A program made the translations under genes and the position numbers. This document shows positions 35,850 to 46,315 of a stretch of DNA of 64,000 nt, in pieces; position 1 is the first letter of the stretch, and each line of letters begins with the position of its first letter. The stretch lies in NCBI GenBank assembly GCA_013265495.1, contig MU058636.1:1-64000 (forward strand). The letters are read 5' to 3'. The notes beneath the pieces were generated by a model. That model did not search any database. It had not been told where the DNA came from and was given only the letters and a program-made list of their open reading frames with translations. Source of the DNA: Vicugna vicugna. Taxonomy: Eukaryota.

Positions 35850-36720
35850 TCTGTCCTCCGAGAGGATGAACGAGGCCAGGCCTGTCGCCTTCGTTCCTCA
35901 GCGCAGCCAGGAGGCCGGGACGTTTACGCCCAGCGCGGAGGCAGGAGGACGCGCTGGGTGCGATTCCCTCCCTGTTGAGACCGCAGGGTCCCCACGTGCG
36001 CCGGCTTCCGCGGCGTCTGGGGCCCCCCTCTCTGGACCGGTCCAATGTAAGCTGCGCAGCGTTTTCAGCCCCACCACACAAGCAACTCAGTGCCCCTGCC
36101 GAAAAGAACACGCCGTCAGCCTGGCAGCTCGTGCGTGATGCTTTTCGTTTTTTCTTGCTTTCTGTTTTGACAGAAGAACTTACTTCTGGGGGAGGGAAGC
36201 GCTCAGCGGTAGAGCGCGCGCTTAGTTTGCGCGAGGTTCTGGGCGCAACCCCCAGCCGGCCTGTAAGAAATAAATAAGCCTAATTACCTCTCCCCCAACC
36301 CCCCAAAACAGACAAACGAAAGAGCCCACTTCCCGTGCCTTCCTGGCGCACAGGGCTACTTCAGGCTTCCGCTACACCAGCGCCCGAGACGAGACGTTCT
36401 CTACAGAAGGCGGGCTCTCCGGCGAGGAGCAGTGGAACCTGTACCTGGCGGAAACCGGGCAACGAAGACGAGGCCCCGCGAGAGGGCGAGGGAAAGGGCG
36501 GCACTGAGCACGCGAATTCGCGCTTTCCTTTCCTTTCGGAGCCCATGGCGCCGAGAGCCCCGACTAGGCCGCGCAGCACACAGCGCCGACCGGGCGCCGG
36601 GAAGGAATCTGCTCCTTCGATCTGTTCGGCCACTTTTCGCACCAGACAAGATTTTTCTTCACGACAGATCGCCGTGTTTGCTGACCACGATCAAGGTTTT
36701 CTATGAACCAAAATACAACG
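35850..36720. promoter_or_regulatory. CpG island / promoter-like region
   Basis: High CpG density, ETS-like CGGAAA and an RFX half-site GGCAAC near 36458. Confidence 0.6.
36188..36320 (+). mobile_element. tRNA-Ala-derived camelid SINE, CpG-rich copy
   Basis: GGGGGAGGGAAGCGCTCAGCGGTAGAGCGCGCGCTTAG...AAATAAATAAGCCTAATTACCTC. Confidence 0.85.
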
Positions 36721-37389
36721 GACCGGTTAGTTGCCCAGCAGAAATGACCTTCCGATGCCTCCCCCCGCCTGGTTTCAAATGCCCTAGTGTCAGTGGCCGT
36801 GGGATCACCATCCTCAAAGCTCCTGGGGAATCGGAAAATGAAGATTAAATCACAGATCTACCCCCCCCCCCAGTGCTGTTCCACCCAAGTGAATTGCCCG
36901 GGAGCAGCATCTCCAGGGACTGAAAGCTACTCTGTATTTGCATCCTGGTGAACCTGCTTTCCTGTCCGTTCACACATTCAAACGGTTCCCCTGCGCTGCC
37001 TTTCTTTGAAAGAAAAGAGCATTTTACATTTGCTAATGAGGCAGAAAGTTCTTCACGCATCTTAATCACAGCCTGCTTAGCACTTGCTCTGCACAAGACC
37101 ACGTTCTGAATCGAGGTATGTGTTCCTAAAAGGCTGTGTACAGATTTACTATTTAAACTTTTCGTTGAATTTTAGATTTGTGAAGCTGTGTAATGAATTC
37201 TTTGTAACGTGAACAGACTGTCCCAACTGATCTTATTTGTACGACTGGACTTCTGGGAAAGGATTTTCTTAGAAGTATTTCAGACTGTCAATTCCTTACA
37301 CACGTAGCTACGTTAAATCCACAAATCAAGATTGTGTATTTTTGAGCGTAAGATTCAGACAACATGTGAATTTCCAGCCTGACTCCAAG

Positions 37390-37545
37390 ACAATGTAAAT
37401 ATATATTAACATTACATTTGTTATGTATTGTATATAGATTTATGCGATACACACGTATGTATATTATATATAAAGTATAATGTATTACAAATGTAAAGTA
37501 AAACATATAATATATAAAAACACACATAATGTATATATTAATACA
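37390..37545. repeat. AT-rich (TA/TG) low-complexity tract
   Basis: Degenerate TATA/TGTA runs. Confidence 0.7.
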
Positions 37546-37638
37546 GTAGGAAGGGAAAAGAAAAATTTTTCATTTGATCTGTTTTATTCCTAGATATTTT
37601 AAATCTGGGCTCTGAAAACTATCCTAGAAAAATCATTA

Positions 37639-37715
37639 TACGTATGACTGAATCACTGTGCTGCACACCAGAAATTAACACATTGTAAACTGACTATACT
37701 TCAATAAAAAAAAAG
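37639..37715 (+). mobile_element. Very short L1 3' tail with exact 13-bp TSD
   Basis: AGAAAAATCATTA at 37626-37638 and 37716-37728 flanks GTATGACTGAATCACTGTGCTGCACACCAGAAATTAACACATTGTAAACTGACTATACTTCAATAAAAAAAA. Confidence 0.9.
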
Positions 37716-38062
37716 AGAAAAATCATTAATTTTACTGATCTTTCTCTATCTTTTCTGTACTATGATTTTGGTATCTCTCAATATATTTCAAATGCAAAAA
37801 TAGCTTTTTTCATCCAAAATTTCAGATCTTACATAATAGCACTTATTTTTAATATTCAAAAATGAAGATAATACACAATGACATAATGTAAAGTTAGCAA
37901 CATTATAAATTCAGCAACATTTAACAAAATCATAAGAATTCATTTTTAACTTCATGTTTTTTAAAAGATAGCTAATCAAAGATAGACACACACACATGAT
38001 CTTAACTTCTAGTTGAGCAGGGGACTCAGCCGGGTCCTGTTCACAACGGCAGTGACTTTAAA

Positions 38063-38480
38063 CCACCTGTTTTTCCAAAACCGCTTTATTGCAATGTGAT
38101 GGGCATACAGACAGCTGTACATATTTAGTGTCTACAACGTGATGAGTTTGGGGATAAGGACACGCCCACGGCCCGAACACCACAACCAAGGCCAAGCATA
38201 TCCATCACCTCCAAAAATCTCCTGCTGCCTCCTCTGTTTATTTACTTTAATTAATTTACTTTTACTTTTGTGCTAGGAGCACTTAAGTGAGGTCTGCCTC
38301 TTCCCAAAATAAGTGTAGAGTAAGTGTTGTTAACCAGAGGCCTTGGCTGTCCGGCCGGTCTCCGATGTAATCATCTCGCACAGCTGAAACTGTGATGTGC
38401 ACTGACGTGCCCCCAGGAGTGGGACTGCTGGACCACATGCTAACTCTATTTTTAGATTTTTAAGGAACCTCCACACTGAT
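38063..38480 (-). mobile_element. Older L1 3' UTR remnant
   Basis: GCTTTATTGCAATGTGA...CTGTACATATTTAGTGTCTACAACGTGATGAGTTTG...TTTTTAAGGAACCTCCACACTG. Confidence 0.75.
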
Positions 38481-40019
38481 CAAGAGGAGAGTAGGTCTTA
38501 CAGCGTAAGGGAATTTGACCAAAGCCAGGTGACTGTTCACCAAATTTTATAAACCTCTCCCTTCCATGGAATAGAGTTTCCTGGAAAGTAGCTGCCCCTC
38601 CCAAGGCCGTGCTCCCCAGGTCCTTGATATGTTCAGAAATGGTCACATCCGTAGTTCTCCCCCCGGGAATAGCAGGTAGTGTCAGGAACAGGTGTGTTTC
38701 CTGTCTCTTCCCCCATCTCCAGTCCCTTAAGGGAAAGAGGAGCCAGACCCAGAGCGTCTTTGGCCCCAGAGTCACTCCGAGAGCAAAGCTGCTCACCAAC
38801 TAGGAACCATCCATTGAGCTGGAGAGAAAGGAAAGCAGAGAGAGAGCCAGGCTGTGGTCATGTCGTCACAACACAGGGCATTTACCACTCAAAGTGGGAG
38901 AGACATCCAAAGACCCTTACGACAGGGAGCGTCTAGTGAGTCACAGTGCTGAGAGAAGTGACACTCCTCTCCTTTCCTGCATACATGCTTTGGGGTGCAG
39001 GAGGGAACAGCACAGCCTAAACGTTGCGGGCGAGGGCAGAAGAGCTGCCCCCGGAAGCAAATCTTCATCCTTCCACGGCGGCCCCCAGTTTGAGTTTTCG
39101 GTTTCCCTGGGGCCATCGCCGGCTGCCCCTACCACTGGGGAAAACTGGGTCATTAGGTGCTGAGTAAAACTCTCCTCATTTCCAAGAGCTCGCCGGGGAA
39201 CCCCTGCCTGGGGCATCACTCTAACAGGCTGCGAGACAGTGGATGGCAAAGCTGCCCGGGGCTTTCCGGGCATCACAACTGATGGAAGATGGGAAGTAAT
39301 TAGGCTGCTCCGAGGAGACCGCGTCCATAGAGGGGACGGGCCAGCTTTCTGCAGGGTAGGCCTGAGATGCAATCAGAAAGTTAATGTCAAGTAATGTCAA
39401 GTCTGATTATATGATTAGACTTAAGCTGGCACTGGCCAGTTAGCATTTAAGCATTCGCCTTCAGGACATGTCAGCTCGGAAACATTCGAAAAGAAGACGC
39501 TTCTAAACAAACGGTGACGACTCCACTCTGACATCACACGCCTGTGCCGACACACACACACATACACACAACTCTCTCTAATGAGTCGCTCTGCTCAGGC
39601 CGCACAAATCCCCGGGGATACATGGAAGTCCAGACACGTTAGGGACTCCCTGGGCTAACAGCCGTTATAAGAGTCCATCACTCTTAGTGTCATGACTTGT
39701 GAGGGGTCACATGGGGAGCACCTTGGGTAAAAGGCAACGAGCACCTGTCTGCCCCTCGGCTCCCGCTTCCAGTGGAAGGAAAATGGTGACCAATATCGCC
39801 CACGGTCAACCCAAAGGAGGCAGGCCCTGAGGGGTGGGCTCTGGGGTGCTCTGCTGAGGACGCGTCGGGGCTCTGCTGTGGCTCTGATCTGCCGTGAGGC
39901 GGGATGTGTTCCTGAATTGTTGCTTACCCTTTTACGTGCACATACATGATGGGTGTCATTCTAAGGAGAAGGATGCACAGCTTTTGAGATGAACATTCTC
40001 TGGTAAAAGGCAAGAAACT

Positions 40020-40869
40020 GACAGATGTGTGTTCACCGCCATTTTAAAACTTCTTTTCCAGTTGATTTTGTGTTTCTTCTTTGTTCCTTTCTTTCTCTTT
40101 TTCCCTTTGTGGTTTGGTCATTTCCTTTTGTATTAGCTTGATTTCTCTTCTTTTTGGTTTCTGTGACTCTATTGTAGACTTTTGATCTGTGGTTCCCCTG
40201 TTTTTCGAGTATGTTAATCCATTACCTGTTTGCTTTAGACTGGTGATCATAGGTTCAAACACATCCTAAAAAGAATGAAAAAAAAATCTACATATTTTTG
40301 TTCCCCTCTCCCACACTCAATAGCCAAGACATGGAAGCAACCTAAATGTCCATTGACAAGATGACTGGATAAAGAAGATGTGACATATATACATATATGT
40401 ATACACACACACTCACAATGGAATACTACTCAGCCATAAAAATAAAATAATGCCATTTGCAGCAACATGGATGGACCTGGAGATCATCAGCCAGAAAGAG
40501 AGAAAAATACCATATGAGATCACTTATATGTGGAATCTAAAAGGAGGACATGAACTTATTTACAAAACAGAAACAGACTCATAGAAAACAAACTTATGGT
40601 TATCAGAAGGGAAGGGGTGGAGGGATAAATTGGGAGTTCGAGATTTGCAGATACACACCGCTCTATATAAATAAATAAACAACAAGTTCCTACTGTAGAG
40701 CCCAAGGAACTACATCCAATACATTGTAATAGCCTATAATGAAAATGAACATGAAAAGGAATATACATATGTGTATAACTGATTCACCATGTGGTACACC
40801 ACAAATTAACACAGCATTGTAAGTCAACTATACTTAATTAAAAAAAAACAAACAATAATAATAATAATC
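40020..40869. mobile_element. 5'-inverted L1 insertion (inter-ORF piece on minus, ORF2 end and 3' UTR on plus)
   Basis: One TSD AAAGGCAAGA(A/C)ACT (40006-40019, 40870-40883) brackets both pieces. Orientation switches at ~40317. Confidence 0.85.
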
Positions 40870-41363
40870 AAAGGCAAGACACTATAAATCAGACAGGGAT
40901 CGTATCTGTTAGGTGCTGAGCTTTCCTGGCCCAGGGAGCTAGAAATCTGGGGCTTCAATCAAGGGCAGTTTGGAGGATCAAGCCGTTGCTTCCCGGAACA
41001 CGCCTGCGTGCATAGGCAGAGTGCACCTGCACCAGAGCACGTGGACCAGAGTCAGACAGGGCTGCTCTCCCGGCAGCAGGACAGGTGTCGGGGACGTTCT
41101 GCCTCCTGCTACACTCAGCGGTGTTTGAGGGAGGGGCAGGGTTGTGCCTTCAAGGGGCAGGAAGTCAGGAAGTGGGAGAAACCATTAAGCAGCTTCCAGT
41201 GAGATGTATTAGAAAGATAATGTAGGCGCTGCCGCTCTTAGCAATATACCTTGATATTTCTGACACAGTGCTTAGACTCACGTGAGAACATGGACCGGGA
41301 GGTCAGCTGCAGGGATCAGGCACATGGATCTGAGGAGGAAGTTGGGGCGAAAGGCACCAATCC

Positions 41364-41760
41364 TCCTCATTAACAATTTTTATGTGGAGTCCATGTTAAA
41401 ATAACGCTATCTGTGGGGAGGGTACCTAATGACTCCCCCCCCCAAATAATGCTATTTTGCATGTATTGGCTTAAAGGACATAAATAACGAGATGAATTTT
41501 ACCTCTTTCTATTTATTGTTTAATGTGGGGCTAGACAATGTAAAATGAACCATGGGGCTGGCTGTGGAGTTCCCGGCTACAGACCAGGTCTAGATGGGGC
41601 CACCTGCAACGTGGCGCGGCCCACTTGAGAACCAGCGACCACGTGAAAGGCCACAGCGCACTTCTGAGTCCGACCCGTGCTCAGCTCTGGCTGAGATACG
41701 GTGTGTTCTCGCGCCCACATCGTCCAGGCCCCAGTCCTCCAAGGAGACATACACAGCATT
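41364..41760. mobile_element. MER33/MER3-like hAT MITE fragments
   Basis: CTCATTAACAATTTTTATGT...TTTAATGTGGGGCTAGACAATGTAAAAT resembles the MER33 reverse complement. A second GC-shifted fragment follows. Confidence 0.55.
41411..41443 (+). mobile_element. Internally deleted mini camelid SINE
   Basis: Head GGGGAGGGTA fused to tail CCTAATGACTCCCCCCCCC. TSD AAATAA(C/T)GCTAT at 41399-41410 and 41444-41455. Confidence 0.65.
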
Positions 41761-42194
41761 TTGAAAGGAGCTATTTCCTCCTAATGCATTTTATAAGCTA
41801 GCTTATGTAACGAACTTCAAACATCAGGAGGCCACCCAAAGTCTCTCCGGCGCCCCCACCTGGCCTTGGCTGACATTTACAGATCTGCCAGGGAGGGAAC
41901 AGAAGCTCACCTACTGTATGCCTGAGTATGTGACAGTTATAAGTATTAAACGTCATAAACCAACAACAGTTAAATAAAATACGTTCCGCCCATTGCCTTG
42001 TCAAATACAGCTTCATAAGAGGAGAACAGAAAAATACGTGTGGAGCTATGATTTTTACATTTTGGATTCAGGACCAAAAATCACTATTTAGGTTTTTATC
42101 ATCAAGCCACTTATATAACTTGTGTTCTTCGACAATAATGACCTAAGGGATTAAAAATAAAATGTAATTGTGTTCCAAGTGTGAGAAATGTAAA

Positions 42195-43925
42195 TATATA
42201 GGATTATAAATCTAACAAAAGATGTGCAAGACTGCTACGTTGAAAGCTACAACACACTGTAGAGGGAATCTTAAAAGATCTAAACATATGGAGGCACATG
42301 TCATGCTCTTGGACTGGAAAATTCACTGTTGGCAAGATGCTGATTCTTCTCAAATTTTTCTATAGAGTCAATGAAATCCCAAATAAAATTCTCAGCCAGT
42401 TTTTTTGTTGTGGAAATTAACAAGCTGAATCTAAAATTTACATGAAAACGCATAGAATCTAAAAGAGCCAAACAATCTTGGGGAAGAAAACAGAGTTGGA
42501 GGACTTACACTGCTCGATATGAAGACCAACTGTAAGGCTACAGTGGTGATCAAGAATGTGGTATCTGTGCAAGGGTAGACACATGGAACAAATAATAAAT
42601 TTGAATAAATTAGACTGTCCAGAACAAGTGCACATGGACAAAGTCACCTGATTTACAATTCAGGGGGAAAGATGGGCTTTTCAGTAAAGGTCGCTGGGTC
42701 TGCCGGATACCTGAATTGTAAAGAATAAACCTGGCCTCTGCCTCACAGCACACACAATGACTAATTTGAGATAGATCATTGACCTAAAAGTGGAAGTTAA
42801 GACAACAAAGTTCTGGGAAAAAAGTGTAAAAGAATATTTCCAAGGTTGTCAGTGGGCAAAGATTTCTTAAACAGGACACACAAAGCAGTAGCCGTGACAG
42901 AAAGGATCGAAAAACTGATATTCATTAAAATTAAGAACTTCTGTTTAACAAAAGTCAACACTGAAAGCCAAAAGCTGGGTCACAGGCTGGGAGGAGATCC
43001 TTGCAATCCACATGTCTTGTGAAGTTACTCATTTCAGAATATTCAAAGAACGCCTACAAAGTAACAGCAAAACACAATCCAATTTTATTTTATTTTTACT
43101 TTTTTACCAAATGAGGGAAAAACCTGAACAGGCAGTTAACCAATGTCCAAATGGACAAAAAAAAAAAAGCACTAAAAAGACGTTGGACATCACGTATAGT
43201 CACCACTGCAGCGTAAATTAAAACCGCAGTGAGACACACTCCTCCCCTACTGGAAAGGCTCAAATGTAAAGGGCTGACACCAACAGGTGAAGGGCCTGGA
43301 ACAGCTGGGACGCGCCTGTGTTGCTGGCGGGGTACAATGGGGGGCAACTGGTCTGGAGAGCTGTTTGACATTCTACAAAAACTCAAGGTACACCTACTGA
43401 CCCAGCATTTCCACTTGTATGCGTGTACCCACCATAAATGAGTTCCTAGGTCCGCAATAAGACGTGGACAGGAATGCTCATAGCAGCTTTATTCATCATA
43501 CCCAGAAACAGGAAATCCAAACGCCCATCAGAAGAGGAATGGATAAATAAATAACGGGATATTAAAGAATGGAGCGCCATATAGCAGTGAGGTGAAAAAA
43601 AAAGCTCCCCGGGGATGACTTCTGCAGCTATTGTGCTAAGCAGAAGAATCGTAACTGAAAAGGTCCATGCTCTATGACCTGTCGATATGAAGGTCAAGGA
43701 CAGGTCACAGTCATCTATGGTCACAGAAAAGGAACAGAGGCTAAGCTTTGCAGGGGCAGGAGCACTGACGAAAGCCGGCAAGAGGAAACTTCCTGGGATG
43801 CCCACAGCTTTCTCTGTTTCCATCTGGGTAGCAGGTAAATGCGTATATGAGTGCTCAAACACTCATCAAGATGCCCACTTAAGATCTGTGCACCATACTG
43901 TTTGTGAGTTTTGTGTCAGCCTTTA
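42195..43925 (+). mobile_element. Old L1 (degenerate ORF2 3' part and 3' UTR)
   Basis: AAATCTAACAAAAGATGTGCAAGAC...CAAGCTGAATCTAAAATTTACATG...GGCAAAGATTTCTTAAACAGGACAC...CACTTAAGATCTGTGCA. Confidence 0.85.
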
Positions 43926-43934
43926 AAACTGAAA

Positions 43935-44148
43935 GGAGGAAGTCTGAGATTTGTAAATATTAACTACAGTATGTAAAAATAGATAAACAACAAATTTCTT
44001 CTGTATAGCACAGGGAACTCCATTCAGTATCTTGTGATAAACTTTAACGAGAAAGAATATGAAAACAAATGTATGTATGACTGGAACATTATGCGGTACA
44101 CCAGAAGTTGACACATTGTAAGCGACTACCCTTCAATAAAAAATAAAT
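43935..44148 (+). mobile_element. Younger L1 3' end
   Basis: GAGATTTGTAAATATTAACTAC...CTGTATAGCACAGGGAAC...ACACCAGAAGTTGACACATTGTAA...TCAATAAAAA. Confidence 0.85.
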
Positions 44149-44424
44149 TGAGGAGGGAGAGAAGTGAGGTCCACACCCCGCCCGATAGTTGATAAGCAAA
44201 GTTCTGGCCCTAGAGGCAGAGTGGTGCTCACCTGAAAACAAGAAATCTTCCTAATAAGGGGAACACCCAATCAGCAGAAAGCATTCCTGATTAATTGCCT
44301 CCAAGCGTGAGAACACATTGCTAATTAGGTTCATAGTGAGACAGGAAAAAAGAACAGGTCTGAGTTTTGATCCTCAACATCCCTTAACTGATGGTTTTGC
44401 TCTTCACATCTGTGTTTTGCTTCT

Positions 44425-44830
44425 GACTCAGTTTGCTTGCTTTATGTGAAAAATATCAGAAAATCCAATCCAAATTGGGTTAAACAGCCAAGAAAGACAT
44501 GCTGCCCTGAAGGAAAGCCCTAAGAGCGTCTTGGTTGGTTGATCAGTTGCTCGTTCTTGGCGCTGAGGATTCCCACCATCCATCCTGCCACTTCATCATC
44601 CATTTCATGGGATGCAGATTAAGCTGAATCCCCTCATGGGGGTGAGATGGTTGCATGGAGGCTACATTCTTCTTCATTCTTGTAAGAAAAATTGCTGCTG
44701 GAAGAGCTCCCAGAAGAGTGAGGAAGAATTTCCCCAGAACCTCCAGCCAATCACTTCTTGTGTCCCCTTGGCCGAAGTTTTGTCACAGATCCACCTAAAC
44801 TGGCTAGAGGAGAGGAGGCTGAGTGAGATT
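44425..44830. mobile_element. Possible ancient MaLR LTR (MLT1J/K-like)
   Basis: CAGAAAATCCAATCCAAATTGGGTTAAACAG...TTTCCCCAGAACCTCCAGC...CCCCTTGGCCGAAGTTTTGTCACA. Confidence 0.45.
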
Positions 44831-44877
44831 ACAAAGACGGGTTTGGTCTAAGGAGTGTCAACCCTAGGGCTGATTTG

Positions 44878-46315
44878 ATTCCGTTTTTCCCCCTGATGAT
44901 GAGTGATGTTGAGTACCTTTCCATGTACCTGCTGGCCATCTGTATGTCTTCTTTGGAAAAATGTCTACCCAGACCCTCTGCCCAGTTTTTAATCAGATTC
45001 TTTCCAGCTGTTGACTTGTATGAGTTCTTTACATATTTCGGGTGTTACCCCCTTATCTGATACATGTTGTAAAAGGTTTCCTCCCGCTCCACAGGTAGCC
45101 TTCTCACCTTGTGGGTGGTTTCCTCTGTTGTGCACTTCATTCCGACCTTGATTTCATCTTCTAGTCACCGACGATGCTGAACATCTTCCCAGAGACTCAC
45201 TGGTCATTTGCACGTCTTCTGTGGAGAAAAGTCTGTCCAGATCTTTATGCGGAGCTGTAAGAGTGCTTTATATATTCTGGACCAAGTTCCTTGTCAGATG
45301 TGATTTGCCAATATTTTCTCTGATTTTACGGCTTTTCATTTCATTTTTTTGATGGTGTTCTTTGAAGTATAAACATTTTTTTTTATTTTGATGAAATTCA
45401 ATTTATTTATTTTCTTTTTTCGCTTGTGCTTTTGGTGTCATATCTAAGCCGTCATTGCCCAATTCAAGGTAATGAATACTCACTCCTGAGTTTTCTTCTG
45501 AGTGTTTTAATTCTTACGTCGAGGTCTCTGATACATCTTGACTGACTTTTGTGTATGTCAGTGTATGAAGTAAAAGTCAAACTTGACTATATTTTAATGT
45601 GGACATCCGACTGTCCCAATACCATTTGCTGGAAAGAGTATCCTTCTCTCATTTAGTGGTCTTGGCACCCTTGTCAGAAATCGATAGACAGTAAATGTAA
45701 GGGTTTAATTCTGGAATCTGGATTCGATTTGGAGTGATCGCTCTGTCTCTCCTATGCCAGTTTTGTACTGTCTTGATTACTGGAGACTTAAAGTAAGTTT
45801 TGAAATTGGGTTATCCAACTTTGTTCTTCTTTTTCAAGATTGTTTTGGCTATTCTGGGTCCCTTACATTTCCATTTTAGGATCATCTTGTCAACTTCTGC
45901 AAAAAAGGTAGCTAAGTAGCTGGGATTTTCATAGGAGTCATGTTAAATCTGTAGGTTGATTTGTGGACTATTGCCTCTTGACAATGCTGAGTCATCCAAC
46001 CCATTAACATGGGAGGTCTTCCCTTCTATTGAAGTCTTCTTTAAATTCTTTCAACAATGTGCTGTGTTCAGTGTTTCAGTCTTGTGCTATTTTGTAAATT
46101 TATTCTTAAATATTGTATTGTTTTAATGCAAATGTAGTAAAACTGTTTTCTTAATTTCACTTGCAGATTTTTAATTGCTAGTATATAGAAATACGACTTA
46201 CTTTTTCATATTCGTCTTGCATCCTACATAGGTATATGCATTTGTCGAAAGTCACTGAATCTTGCACTTAAGATACATGCATTTCACCTCATAAAGTTTC
46301 CTCAATAAAAAAATT
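44878..46315 (-). mobile_element. Old L1 ORF2 remnants (two overlapping minus-strand pieces) plus a short plus-strand 3' tail at ~46230-46315
   Basis: GATGTTGAGTACCTTTCCATGTACCTGCTGGCCATCTGTATGTCTTCTTTGGAAAAATGTCTA; CAACTTTGTTCTTCTTTTTCAAGATTGTTTTGGCTATTCTGGGTCC. Confidence 0.8.
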
